Assembly: GCA_963789855.1 (NCBI GenBank)
Contig: CAWBMM010000008.1
Span: forward strand, 14,005 to 78,004
Origin: an uncultured Actinomycetota bacterium
Lineage (GTDB): Bacteria > Actinomycetota > Actinomycetes > JACCUZ01
Direction: 5' to 3'
Length of the DNA stretch: 64,000 nt
The notes beneath the pieces are model-generated. The model was given only the letters and a program-made list of their open reading frames with translations, was not told where the DNA came from and did no database searches. Every line of letters starts with the position of its first letter. Within the stretch, counting starts at the first letter, position 1. The translations under genes were made by a program, and so were the position numbers. Shown here in pieces: positions 26,722 to 37,188 of this stretch.

Positions 26722-29700
26722 TCAACCCCGCAGGCGCAGACCCCGCGGCGTCGCGTGGAAGCCCGCCTCCTCCAGCGCCCGGCCGAGCGGCGAGTCGAGC
26801 ACCCCGGTGCCGTCGGCCCGCTGGACGGTGAGGCGCCCGAGCTGTCCCTCGCGCACGGCGAGCGACAGGGCGTCGACCGCGGGCTGCAGGAGACCCGGCT
26901 CCTCGGCCCAGGTGAGCAGGGTGCGCCCGCCGCGCTCGACGTAGAGCACCAGCCGGCCGTCGACCAGCACCACGAGGGCACCTGCCTTGCGGCCCGGCTT
27001 GTGGCCGGCGTCCTCGCCGCGTCCCGGCCAGCCGACTGCTGCGCCGAACGGGTTGGCCGGGTCGGTGGCGGCGAGCACCAGGGCCCGTGGCGAGTCACCG
27101 GCGCCGGTGCGCGGGTCCTCGCCGGCCCGCTCCAGCGAGGCGCCGACGGCGCGCAGCCGGTCGACCGCCCCCGGCAGCGCGAACTGTGCGGCGCCCAACC
27201 CTTCGACGAAGTAGCCCCGGCGGCACCGCCCGGTCTCCTCGAACGCGGCGAGCACCCGGTAGACCGCGGCGAAGCCGCCCGGCGCGCGCTCGGCGGCGAC
27301 CGCGCCGCGGATCACCACGCCGTGCCGGTCGAGCAGCACCTCGGCCAGCGAGGCGGCCCGCCGGGTGGGGTCGGTCTCGACCTCGGGCAGCAGCGACCAG
27401 CGGCCGGCCGCGACGGGAGGCCCGGTGCGGCTCGGCATCGCCGGACGTCCGCGGCCGTAGCGACCGCGCGGCGTGGCCCGGCGAGCCTTGTGCGCACCGC
27501 CACCGCCGGCGACCAGGGTGCGCAGCGGAGCCAGGGTGTCGTTGGTGACGTGGCCGGACCACACGAGGTCCCACAGCGTCGCGACCAGGGCCTGGTCGTC
27601 GACCGGCTCGGCGAGCTGCCCGCCGGCCGCGCCGACGACGTCGGACAGCCGCCGGAAGAAGAACGCGCCGCCGCCGGCGAGCGCGTCGACGACGGCCTGG
27701 TGCACCGGGGTCGCGACGGCCTCGGCGACGGGCGCCGGCATGGTCAGGTAGGCGGAGTCGGCCAGGTGCATCGAGACCCAGCCGTCGCCGCCGGGCAGCG
27801 AGCCGTGCCCCGCGCCAGAGCACCTCGCCCGCCGCGCACAGCTCGTCGAGCATCGCGGGGGAGTAGCCCTGCACCCGCGCCGGCAGCACCAGCGACTCCA
27901 GGGCGGACGCCGGCACCTGCGCGCCCTGCAGCTGCTCGACGACCCGCAGCACGCCCTCGGCTCCGCGCAGCCGGCTGCCGACCTGCTGCCAGGCCGGCAG
28001 GAACGAGGCCAGCGCCTCGACCGGCACCGGCTCGACCTCCTTGCGCAGCGCGGCGAGCGATCGGCGGCGCAGCGTGCGCAGCACCTCGGCGTCGCACCAC
28101 TCGGTGCCGGTGCCGCCGGGCAGGAACTCCCCGGCGACGACCCGGCCCGACCCGGCCAGCCGGGCCAGCGCCTGCTCGACGACCGCCGGCCCGAGGCCGA
28201 GGCGCGCCGCGACGTCGGCCGACGTGAACGGCCCGTGGGTGCGGGCGTAGCGGGCCACCAGGTCGCCGATGGGGTCGCGCAGCGGCTCGAGGAAGGCGTC
28301 GGGGATGCCGACCGGCAGCGGCGTGCCGAGCGCGTCGCGCAGCCGGCCGGCGTCCTCGACGGCGACCCAGCGCTCCTCGCCCGCGACCCGCACCCGCACC
28401 GCGCGACGTGCCTCCTCGAGGCCGGCGAGCCACGCCGGCGTCGCCCCGCGCTCGACCGCCTCGGCGGTGGTCAGCGGCCCGAGCACCCGCAGCAGGTCGG
28501 CGACACCCTCGGCGTCGCGGGCCCGGCGGTCGTCGGACAGCCGCTGCAGGTCGCGGGCTCGAGCGCTGCGACGCGCGTCGGGGTCGAGCAGCTCGCGCAG
28601 CTCGCCGTAGCCCTGCTGGCCGAGCAGCTCGGCGAGCAGCGTCGGGTCGAGCGACAGCGCGGCCGCCCGGCGCTCGGCGAGCGGCGAGTCGCCCTCGTAG
28701 AGGAACTGCGCGACGTAGCCGAACAGCAGCGACCGGGCGAACGGCGACGGCTGCTGGGTCTCGACCTCGACGAAGCGCACCGTGCGCTCCTCGACCTCGC
28801 GCATCAGCCCGACCAGCCCGGGCACGTCGAAGACGTCCTGCAGGCACTCGCGCATCGTCTCGAGCACGATCGGGAACGAGCCGTAGTCGCTGGCCACCGA
28901 CAGCAGCTGCGCCGAGCGCTGCCGCTGCTGCCACAGCGGGCGTGCGCCGGCCCGGGTTGCGGCGGGGGAGCAGCAGGGCGCGGGCCGCGCACTCGCGGAA
29001 CCGGGAGGCGAACAGCGCCGACCCGCCGACCTCGGCGGTGACCAGCGGCTCGACCTCGTCGGGGGCGACCAGCGCCATCTCGGTGCCGGTCCTCGCCGGA
29101 GGCATCGGAAGTCAGCGCGTCGTCGATGCTCGATGTCGGGCAGCCGCAGCACGATGCCGTCGTCGGCGTGCATCGCCTGCACGTCGACGCCGTACCGCTC
29201 GCGCAGCCGGGCGGCCACGACCAGCGCCCACGGCGCGTGCACCTGGGCGCCGAACGGCGAGTGGATGACGACCCGCCAGTCGCCGAGCTCGTCGCGGAAC
29301 CGCTCGACCACGATGGTGCGGTCGTCGGGCACGTGGCCGGTGGCCTGCCGCTGCTCGTCGAGGTAGGCCAGCAGGTTGTCGGCGGCCCACTCGTCGAGCC
29401 CGGCGGCCATCACCCGGGCTCGCGCCTTGGCCGGTGTCAGGCCGCCGAGCTCGCGGATGAACGCGCCCAGCGCCCGGCCCAGCTCGGCGGGCCGGCCGAG
29501 GGTGTCGCCCTTCCAGAACGGCAGCCGCCCCGGCTGACCGGGCGCCGGGGTGACCAGCACCCGGTCGTGGGTGATGTCCTCGATCCGCCAGGACGTCGAG
29601 CCGAGGGTGAACACGTCGCCGACCCGCGACTCGTAGACCATCTCCTCGTCGAGCTCGCCGACGCGGCGACTGCTTCTCGCCGACGAGGAAGACGCCGAAC

Positions 29701-31351
29701 AGCCCGCGGTCGGGGATCGTGCCGCCGCTGGTGACCGCGAGCCGCTGCGCCCCGGGCCGGCCGGTGAGCGTGCCGCCGACCCGGTCCCAGACGAGCCGCG
29801 GCCGCAGCTCGGCGAACTCGTCGGACGGGTAGCGGCCGGCCAGCATGTCGAGCACCGACTCGAAGCGCCGAGCGGGGGAGCGAGGCGAAGGGCGCGGCCC
29901 GGCGCACGAGCGTCGTAGCAGATCGTCGACGTCCCACTCGTCGACGCTCACCATCGCGACGACCTGCTGGGCGAGGACGTCGAGCGGGTTGCGCGGGTAG
30001 CGCAGCGACTCGATCTGCCCGGCCCGCATCCGCTCGGCGACGACGGCGGTCTGCACGAGGTCGCCGCGGTACTTCGGGAAGATCACGCCGCGCGAGACGG
30101 CGCCGACCTGGTGGCCGGCGCGGCCGACCCGCTGCAGGCCGCTGGCCACCGACGGCGGCGACTCGACCTGGACGACGAGGTCGACCGCGCCCATGTCGAT
30201 GCCGAGCTCGAGGCTGCGAGGTGGCGACCACCGCCGGCAGCCGGCCGGCCTTGAGCGCCTCCTCGATCAGCGCCGCGCTGCTCCTTGGACACCGAGCCGT
30301 GGTGGGCGCGGGCCAGCTCGGGCACCGCGCCGAGCGAGGCGCCGGACTGCGCCATCACCTGTGCCGGCTGGCACGTCGCCGGGCTCGGGGAGCCGCGCGC
30401 CGGTGACCCGCTCCTCGTGGATCTCGTTGAGCCGCGCGCACAGCCGCTCGGCGAGCCGCCGGGAGTTGGCGAACACGATCGTCGAGCGGTGGGCCTCGAC
30501 GAGGTCGACGATGCGCTCCTCGACGTGCGGCCAGATCGACGTACGCCGTTCCTCGCCGGCCGCGGAGCCGCTGACCTCGCCGGTGGTCTGACCGAGCTCG
30601 CCGAGGTCCTCGACGGGCACGACGACCTCGAGCTCGACGGTCTTCTGGCGACGGCGGCTGCACGACCTCGACGTCGTGCGGGCCGCCGAGGAACCGGGCG
30701 ACCTCCTCGACCGGGCGGACGGTGGCCGACAGCCCGATGCGCTGCGCCGGCTGCTCGAGCAGGTGCGTCGAGCCGCTCGAGCGACAGCGCGAGGTGGGCG
30801 CCGCGCTTGGTGCCGGCGACCGCGTGCACCTCGTCGACGATCACGGTCTCGACGCCGCGCAGCGACTCGCGGGCCTGGCTGGTCAGCAGCAGGAAGAGCG
30901 ACTCCGGCGTGGTGATGAGGATGTCGGGCGGGGTTCGGCCGAACCGGCGGCGCTCGTCGGCCGGGGTGTCGCCCGAGCGGACGCCGACGGTGAGGTCGGG
31001 CTCGGGGAGGCCGAGCCGGGTGGCGGCGTGCCGGATGCCGGCCAGCGGTGCGCGCAGGTTGCGCTCGACGTCGACGGCGAGCGCCTTCAGCGGGGAGACG
31101 TAGAGGACCCGGCAGCGGCGCTGCGGCTCGGCGGGCAGCGGCTCGCTGGCCAGCCGGTCGATCGACCACAGGAACGCCGCCAGCGTCTTGCCGGACCCGG
31201 TGGGCGCCACGACCAGGGCGTTGCGGCCGCCGGCGATCGCGGCCCAGGCGCCGTCCTGCGCCGCGGTGGGCGCGCGGAACGACGCGTCGAACCACGCCTG
31301 CGTCGCGGGGGAGAACCGCCCCGACGACGAGGAAGGCGAGGGAGGGGGCAC
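26722..31351 (-). pseudogene. lhr: ATP-dependent helicase Lhr, at least 10 frameshifts
   Basis: The N-terminus with Walker A (ALVVAPTGSGKTLAAF), the DEVH box (VIVDEVHAV), QRIGLSATV, ARAHHGSVSKEQR and GIDMGAVDLVVQVESPPSVASGLQRVGRAGH are all present, along with the long Lhr C-terminal region. They are distributed over ORFs 30083-31351, 30267-31427, 29112-30194, 29437-30231, 27095-29641, 27744-29105 and 26722-27771. The pieces are collinear and total about 1540 codons. Confidence 0.9.
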
Positions 31352-31357
31352 CGCGCC

Positions 31358-31379
31358 ATTCTCGCCCCTGGCACCGACA
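31358..31379 (-). promoter_or_regulatory. RecA-NDp/PafBC-type promoter motif directly upstream of lhr (leaderless arrangement)
   Basis: The minus strand reads TGTCGGTG-CCAGGGGC-GAGAAT, followed by 6 nt and the GTG start at 31351. The published consensus is TGTCRGTG-N8-TANNNT. Confidence 0.45.
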
Positions 31380-31506
31380 CCCGCGCGAGCGCAGGCCGTC
31401 CGGCACAGGCCTTGTGCCCGTCATCACGGAGTCCTAGGTTCCACGTAGGTCGTAGCGAACGACCCGGCAGTCTCACGGGGGAACATCCCACCCACCTGGA
31501 GGAGTC

Positions 31507-33014
31507 ATGCGACAGCTAGTCACCCGTCGGACAGATGGCTCGCGGCAGCCGCCGCCGCGGCCCTGGGACTGACCGGGCTCGCCTCGGTCGCTGTCCCGGG
31601 CGGCGCCGCGGCGACCAGCAGCGGCGCATCCGCGACGTACCTCGTGCTGTACCGGGCCGGGGCGTCGAGTGCCGGGGCAGCGAGCGCCGTCCAGGCAGCC
31701 GGGGGCACCCTGGTGGCCAACTACCGGCAGATCGGCGTGGTCGTGGCCCGCTCCTCGGACGCCGGCTTCGCCTCGGCCGTCCGGCAGCAGGCCGGGGTCC
31801 AGGGCGCCGCGGCGACGGCCGGCTTCGCCACCCAGGTCAGGGACGCGTCCGCGACCGCTGACGTCGCGCCGCTCGCGACCCCGGACAGCCTGGCCGGCCT
31901 GCAGTGGGACATGCGGCAGATCCACGCGCCCGAGGCCCAGGCCATCAACCCGGGCTCACCCTCGGTGACGGTCGGCGACATCGACACCGGTCTCGACTTC
32001 ACCCACCCCGATCTCGCTGCGAACGTCGACTTCGCCAACAGCGCGTCCTGCATCGGTGGCGTCGCGGACCCGGACCGGGCCGCCTGGATGGACGACAACG
32101 GCCACGGCACGCACACGGCCGGCACCATCGCCGCGGCCAAGAACGGCATCGGCATCACCGGCGTCGCCCCCGACGTCAAGGTCGCGGGCATCAAGGCCGG
32201 CAACGCCGCCGGCTTCTTCTTCCCCGAGGCCGTCATCTGCTCGTTCATGTGGGTGGGGACGCACCACATCCCGATCACCAACAACAGCTACTTCGCCGAC
32301 CCGTGGCTGTTCAACTGCAAGAACGACCCCGAGCAGCGGGCCATCTGGGAGGCGGAGCGCCGGGCGGTCCGCTTCGCGCAGTCCAACGGCGACCTCGTCA
32401 TCAGCGCCGAGGGGAACGAGGCCGACGACCTCGCGCACCCGACGCAGGACGTCACCAGCCCGGACGACACGACTCCGGTGACCAGGGACATCACCAACGC
32501 CTGCTCGGTGGTGCCCGTGGAGCTGGCCGGTGTCGTCGGGGTCACCGCGACCGGCGCCAAGCAGCAGAAGTCGTTCTACTCGTCGTACGGCGTCGGCGTG
32601 GCAGACGTCGCGGCCCCGGGCGGCGACTCGGTCCTGCAGGCCACCCCGGAGGCGCCGAACGGGCGGGTGCTCTCCACCTGGCCGGCGTCGCTGCTCACGG
32701 TCACCTGCGCGCCGGCTCGGCGGGTGGTCGATGCCAGCGGCGCCACCTACTGCTACCAGCAGGGCACCTCGATGGCGTCGCCGCACGCGGCCGGCGTGGC
32801 TGCACTGGTGGCCAGCGTCCGGCTGGGCAGCACCCCCGGTGCGGTCGGCAGCACGGTGGCCCGCACGGCCACCCCGATCGCCTGCCCGGCGGACACCTCG
32901 GCCTACGACTTCTTCCCGAGCGTCAGCAACGGTGCGCTGCAGACCTGCTCGGGCGGCGCCACGAACTCGTGGTACGGCTCGGGGGAGGTCGACGCGCTGG
33001 CCGCGGTCCGGTAG
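31507..33014 (+). pseudogene. Secreted subtilisin-like (S8) serine protease, frameshift inside the signal-peptide region
   Basis: The catalytic triad contexts are VGDIDTGLDFTHPDL, GHGTHTAGTIAA and GTSMASPHAAGVAALV. The body frame (ORF 31644-33014) is open back to 31449 but has no ATG, GTG or TTG. ATG 31507, preceded by GGAGGAG, is in another frame (MRQLVTRRT), so the frame must switch around 31530 to read WLAAAAAAALGLTGLASVAV. Confidence 0.85.
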
Positions 33015-33026
33015 CCGGAACGGTCC

Positions 33027-33056
33027 GGGGCGTACCGGTCATCACCGGTGCGTCCC
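33027..33056 (+). terminator. Stem-loop downstream of the S8 protease
   Basis: GGGGCGTACCGGT-CATC-ACCGGTGCGTCCC gives a 13-bp stem including 2 G-T pairs, 13 nt after the stop. There is no U tract. Confidence 0.45.
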
Positions 33057-33065
33057 GCGGCCGAC

Positions 33066-33223
33066 GGTCACATGCCGACGAGGCCGGCGCCCGCATGACC
33101 CGGTACGAGGCTCACTGCGACGAGGCCGGCACCCGCATGACCCGGCACGAGGGTCACATGCCGACGAGGCCGGCACCCGCATGACCCGGCACGAGGGTCA
33201 CATGCCGACGAGGCCGGCACCCC
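33066..33223. repeat. Tandem repeat, about 3.6 copies of a 42-44 bp unit
   Basis: The units are 33066-33109, 33110-33151, 33152-33195 and a partial unit 33196-33223. The consensus is GGTCACATGCCGACGAGGCCGGCACCCGCATGACCCGGCACGAG. Each unit holds an internal imperfect dyad (GGTCAcATGC ... GCATGACC). Confidence 0.9.
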
Positions 33224-33392
33224 ACCGGTTCGCGACGTCGCGGTTCGGGTCGCTCGTGGGGTCGTCGGGCGGAACGCTGACGTCGGTCTCGGCGATGGTG
33301 TCCGTGAGGGCGATCCGGGGCGGCAGCGCGGCGTACCGGCCCGGGCGCAGCACGGCGTCGGCGACCCGGCTGCTGGTGTCGTCGTCCGCCAT
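33198..33392 (-). CDS. Small acidic hypothetical protein (64 aa; 78 aa from ATG 33434)
   Basis: MADDDTSSRVADAVLRPGRYAALPPRIALTDTIAETDVSVPPDDPTSDPNRDVANRWGAGLVGM has very high GC3. The last ~9 codons and the stop lie in the partial tandem-repeat unit. It falls below or inside the ORF-track entry 33198-34733. Confidence 0.35.
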   Translation of the reverse strand: MADDDTSSRVADAVLRPGRYAALPPRIALTDTIAETDVSVPPDDPTSDPNRDVANRWGAGLVGM

Positions 33393-33427
33393 GGCACCCA
33401 GTGTGCTCCTCGCCAACCGCTTTGTGT

Positions 33428-33477
33428 TGATCATGAAGGATCCTCCCGGCACGTACTGGGGTGATCTTTCATGATCA
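33428..33477. promoter_or_regulatory. AT-rich 15-bp inverted repeat (candidate operator) in a divergent intergenic region
   Basis: TGATCATGAAGGATC (33428-33442) and GATCTTTCATGATCA (33463-33477) match 14/15 as an inverted repeat with a 20-nt spacer. This is the most AT-rich spot in the neighbourhood, between the small minus ORF and the ABC exporter operon. Confidence 0.45.
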
Positions 33478-33554
33478 CGAGGGCGTACCTGGGAGTGCCG
33501 GGCGACGGACAAATGGGTTCGTGGCATGTCGGGGGTGCTGTCTAAGGTCGACAG

Positions 33555-34517
33555 GTGACTTCGGACCCGATGATCGTCGCTCGCGGCCTGGTGAAGCGCT
33601 TCGGCGACTTCGTGGCGGTCGACGCCATCGACGTCGAGGTCCAGCGCGGGGAGGCGTTCGGCTTCCTCGGCCCCAACGGTGCCGGCAAGTCCTCCACGAT
33701 GCGCATGATCGGCTGCGTCTCCCCGGTCAGCGGCGGCACGCTGCGCGTCCTGGGCTACGACCCGGCCGTCGACGGCGCCCGCATCCGGGCCCGGCTCGGC
33801 GTCGTGCCGCAGGAGGACACCCTCGACGTCGAGCTCACGGTGCGCGAGAACCTGCTCGTCTACGGCCGCTACTTCGGCCTGCCCCGGGCGGAGGTCGGTG
33901 AGCGGGCCGACCGCCTGCTCGACTTCGTGCAGCTGTCGGAGCGCGCGACCAGCAAGGTCGAGCCGCTCTCCGGTGGCATGAAGCGCCGGCTGACCATCGC
34001 CCGCTCGCTGATCAACGACCCCGACATGCTGCTGCTCGACGAGCCGACGACCGGGCTCGACCCGCAGGCGAGGCACGTGCTCTGGGACCGGCTGTTCCGG
34101 CTCAAGCAGCAGGGGGTGACCCTCGTCCTCACCACCCACTACATGGACGAGGCCGAGCAGCTCTGCGACCGGCTCGTGGTGATGGACGGCGGCCGCATCG
34201 CCGCCGAGGGCTCGCCCGCCGGGCTGATCCGCGAGTGGTCCACCCGTGAGGTGGTCGAGCTCCGCTTCCCGCCGGGCGAGAACGAGCGCGCGGGCGAGAA
34301 GGTCGAGGAGATGGTGGACGCTCCCGGCCGCCCCCTGCATGCGCTGGTGTCCCGGGTCGACGTGCTGCCCGACCGGGTCCTGCTCTACGCCGACGACGGC
34401 GACCTCGCCGCCGCGGAGGTCCACCGGCACGGGCTGGCACCGCAGTCGGTCCTCGTGCGGCGCAGCACCCTGGAGGACGTGTTCCTCCGGCTCACCGGCC
34501 GCACGTTGGTGGACTGA
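33555..34517 (+). CDS. ABC transporter ATP-binding protein (DrrA/ABC-2 exporter type)
   Basis: Walker A GPNGAGKSST, Q-loop VPQEDTL, signature LSGGMKRRLTIA, Walker B LLLLDEPTTGLD. GTG start at 33555. Confidence 0.9.
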   Translation: MTSDPMIVARGLVKRFGDFVAVDAIDVEVQRGEAFGFLGPNGAGKSSTMRMIGCVSPVSGGTLRVLGYDPAVDGARIRARLGVVPQEDTLDVELTVRENLLVYGRYFGLPRAEVGERADRLLDFVQLSERATSKVEPLSGGMKRRLTIARSLINDPDMLLLDEPTTGLDPQARHVLWDRLFRLKQQGVTLVLTTHYMDEAEQLCDRLVVMDGGRIAAEGSPAGLIREWSTREVVELRFPPGENERAGEKVEEMVDAPGRPLHALVSRVDVLPDRVLLYADDGDLAAAEVHRHGLAPQSVLVRRSTLEDVFLRLTGRTLVD

Positions 34518-34518
34518 G

Positions 34519-35349
34519 ATGGCACACACGACCTCCAGCACCCGAGCAGGCGGCCTGCCGTCGCTTCCGTCGACGCCGGTCATGGTGCTGCGGGCGTTCG
34601 GCTTCTGGCTGGCGCAGTACCGCCGGGTGTGGCGCGGCAGCGCGATCTCGACGGTCGTCGAGCCGCTGGGCTTCCTCGCGGCGATGGGCCTCGGGCTCGG
34701 CCTGCTCGTCGACCAAGGGCCCGGCGCCGACACCCTCGACGGCGTCAGCTACCTGCAGTTCATCGCACCCGGGCTGCTCGCGGCGTCGGCGATGCAGACC
34801 GCGGCCTTCGAGTCGACCTACCCGGTCATGGGGGCGATCAAGTGGAACCGGCAGTACCACGCGATGCTCGCGTCACCGCTGCGCGTCGTCGACGTGCTGG
34901 CCGGGCACCTGCTGTTCGTCGTGCTGCGGCTGACGATCAGCGTCACGGCGTTCCTGCTGATCATGGTGGCGTTCGGGGCCATCGCCTCGCCGTGGGCGGT
35001 GCTCTGCATCCCGGTCGGCATCCTCACCGGGCTCGCCTACGCCCCGGCGATCTTCGCGTTCGCGGCGACCCGCGAGAACGACAGCGGCTTCGCGATGCTG
35101 TTCCGGTTCGGCATCATCCCGATGTTCCTGTTCTCCGGCACGTTCTTCCCGGTGTCCCAGCTGCCCGACTGGCTGCAGCCGGTCGCCTGGGTCGTGCCGC
35201 TGTGGCACGGCGTCGACCTGTGCCGCGCGCTCGCGCTCGGGACGCCGACCTACGGTCCGGCGATGGTGCACGTGGCCTACCTGAGCCTGTGGGTGGTCGC
35301 CGGGTTCGTCGTCGCCCGCTCGAAGTTCGAGGGACGGCTGGTCACATGA
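34519..35349 (+). CDS. ABC-2 type transporter permease
   Basis: ATG 34519 lies 2 nt after the ATPase stop. It has six hydrophobic segments and the family-typical segment IIPMFLFSGTFFPVSQLPDWLQPVAWVVPLWH. Confidence 0.85.
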   Translation: MAHTTSSTRAGGLPSLPSTPVMVLRAFGFWLAQYRRVWRGSAISTVVEPLGFLAAMGLGLGLLVDQGPGADTLDGVSYLQFIAPGLLAASAMQTAAFESTYPVMGAIKWNRQYHAMLASPLRVVDVLAGHLLFVVLRLTISVTAFLLIMVAFGAIASPWAVLCIPVGILTGLAYAPAIFAFAATRENDSGFAMLFRFGIIPMFLFSGTFFPVSQLPDWLQPVAWVVPLWHGVDLCRALALGTPTYGPAMVHVAYLSLWVVAGFVVARSKFEGRLVT

Positions 35350-35398
35350 CCACCCCACCAGATCGCTCGCCGCGCTCACGATCCGGCGGGGACCCCGG

Positions 35399-36223
35399 AT
35401 GAGCGCCCCGACCCTGGAGCTGCGGGTCGCCCCGCCCGGGCTCGGCCGGCGGCTCGTCGGAACCGGCGGCGCCCGCTACCTGATCGAGCGCAACATCCGG
35501 GTCTACCGCACCGGCTGGATCGTCCTGCTCTCCGGCATCTTCGAGCCGATCTTCTACCTGTTCTCGGTCGGTGTCGGGGTCTCGAAGCTGGTCGGCGACG
35601 TCGAGCTGCCCGGCGGCCAGCTGGTGAGCTACACGGTCTTCGTGGCGCCGGCGATGCTCGCCTCGTCGGCGATGAACGGCGCCCTCTACGACGCGACGTT
35701 CAACCTGTTCTTCAAGCTGAAGTACAACAAGCTCTACGACGCCGTGCTCGCCACACCGGTGACCCCGGTCGACGTCGCGGCCGGCGAGATCGGCTGGGCG
35801 CTGATGCGCGGCGCGTTCTACTCCAGCGCCTTCCTGCTCGTCATGCTCGTCATGGGGCTGATCGTGTCCTGGTGGGCGGTGCTGGCGCTGCCGGCCGTGG
35901 TCCTCATCGGGTTCGCCTTCGCGGCGGTCGGCACGGCCTGCACGACCTACATGAAGTCGTGGCAGGACTTCGAGTACATCACCCTGGTGACGCTGCCGAT
36001 GTTCCTGTTCTCGGCCACCTTCTACCCGCTGTCGACCTACCCCGAGCAGCTGCAGTGGATCGTCCGGCTCTCGCCGCTCTACCACGCGGCCGCGCTGCTC
36101 CGCGAGCTCACCACCGGCCTGGTCGGGCCGTGGTCGCTGGTGCACGTGGCGGTGCTCGTCGCGCTCGGTGTGGTCGGCCTGCTGATCACCGGGCGGCGGC
36201 TGGAGAAGCTGCTGCTGACCTGA
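35399..36223 (+). CDS. ABC-2 type transporter permease (second subunit)
   Basis: 274 aa, a paralogue of the preceding permease ([31 protein letters not shown]). Confidence 0.85.
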   Translation: MSAPTLELRVAPPGLGRRLVGTGGARYLIERNIRVYRTGWIVLLSGIFEPIFYLFSVGVGVSKLVGDVELPGGQLVSYTVFVAPAMLASSAMNGALYDATFNLFFKLKYNKLYDAVLATPVTPVDVAAGEIGWALMRGAFYSSAFLLVMLVMGLIVSWWAVLALPAVVLIGFAFAAVGTACTTYMKSWQDFEYITLVTLPMFLFSATFYPLSTYPEQLQWIVRLSPLYHAAALLRELTTGLVGPWSLVHVAVLVALGVVGLLITGRRLEKLLLT

Positions 36224-36226
36224 CCG

Positions 36227-36778
36227 GTGGGGGAGGCTCTCGCCGCGGTCGCTGTCGGCGGCTCTACGCTGCCGGTCGTGACGGAGAAGGACGCATTCGC
36301 CGACGTGGTGGCCGCGAACGACGGCTACGCAGCGACCTACCGGTGGGCCGACCTGGAGGCCGGTGCGGCGCGCGGGCTCGCAGTGCTCACCTGCATGGAC
36401 TCCCGCATCGAGCCGCTGGCCATGCTGGGCCTCGCGCCGGGCGACGCGAAGATCCTGCGCAACGCCGGCGCCCGGGTCACCGACGACGTGCTGCGCACCC
36501 TCGTGCTGGCCGACTACCTGCTCGGCGTCGACCGGGTGATGGTGGTGGCACACACCGGGTGCCGGATGGCCGGCGGCGACGAGCAGTCGGTGCACGAGGC
36601 GATCCGCGCGGCCGGTGGCCCCGACACCCGCAGCATCTCCTTCCTCACCACCACCGAGCAGGTCGAGGCGCTGCGCGAGGACGTGCAACGGGTGCGCTCC
36701 TGGCCCTACCTCGGCAACATCACCGTCGGCGGCTTCCTCTACGACCTCGACACCGGCCGGCTCGCCCGCCTCTGCTGA
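36227..36778 (+). CDS. Beta-class carbonic anhydrase
   Basis: The Zn ligand contexts are LTCMDSRI and VVAHTGCRM, plus [12 protein letters not shown]. The start is uncertain: GTG 36227, or GTG 36278 giving VTEKDAF. Confidence 0.85.
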   Translation: MGEALAAVAVGGSTLPVVTEKDAFADVVAANDGYAATYRWADLEAGAARGLAVLTCMDSRIEPLAMLGLAPGDAKILRNAGARVTDDVLRTLVLADYLLGVDRVMVVAHTGCRMAGGDEQSVHEAIRAAGGPDTRSISFLTTTEQVEALREDVQRVRSWPYLGNITVGGFLYDLDTGRLARLC

Positions 36779-36842
36779 CCTGCTGCCCGCACGGCCGGCC
36801 GCGCTCCCGCCAGGGTCGACCACGTTGGGTAGGCGGGGCAGG

Positions 36843-36870
36843 CGGCAACAGGCGCCGGAGCCTGTTGCCG
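36843..36870 (+). terminator. Stem-loop downstream of the carbonic anhydrase
   Basis: CGGCAACAGG-CGCCGGAG-CCTGTTGCCG gives a 10-bp perfect stem, 65 nt after the stop. Confidence 0.45.
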
Positions 36871-36937
36871 GCTGCCCTCGCCTGTTGTCGCCCCGGGGTT
36901 GTCGCCCGAGGGTGGGCCGCCCGGCGATACTGGGCAG

Positions 36938-37129
36938 GTGCGGGTGACGGACTTCTGGGAGCGGATGCGCGCGGTCTTCGGGCCGCACGCCGAGTCGGTG
37001 GTCGAGCTGCACGTGCTCAGCGAGCTCGGCGGCCGCACGCCCGCCCAGGCCCTCGCGGCGGGGGAGCCGACGGTCGAGGTCTGGCGGGCCGTCTGCGAGG
37101 GCCACGAGATCCCCGCCGCGCAACGTTGA
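36938..37129 (+). CDS. DUF3046-family protein (conserved recA-upstream gene of actinobacteria)
   Basis: [59 protein letters not shown] resembles the MRLTEFWERM... family typically found upstream of recA. The in-frame GTG is at 36938. Confidence 0.75.
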   Translation: MRVTDFWERMRAVFGPHAESVVELHVLSELGGRTPAQALAAGEPTVEVWRAVCEGHEIPAAQR

Positions 37130-37188
37130 CGGCCTCGGACACCGGCGTACGTCGGTGGCCTCCGAGCAACCGGTGGCCGAGCTCCGCT

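Noticed and set aside
33066-33223. CRISPR array?
   Set aside because: The units abut directly with no unique spacers, and no cas genes occur in the window. It is a plain tandem repeat.
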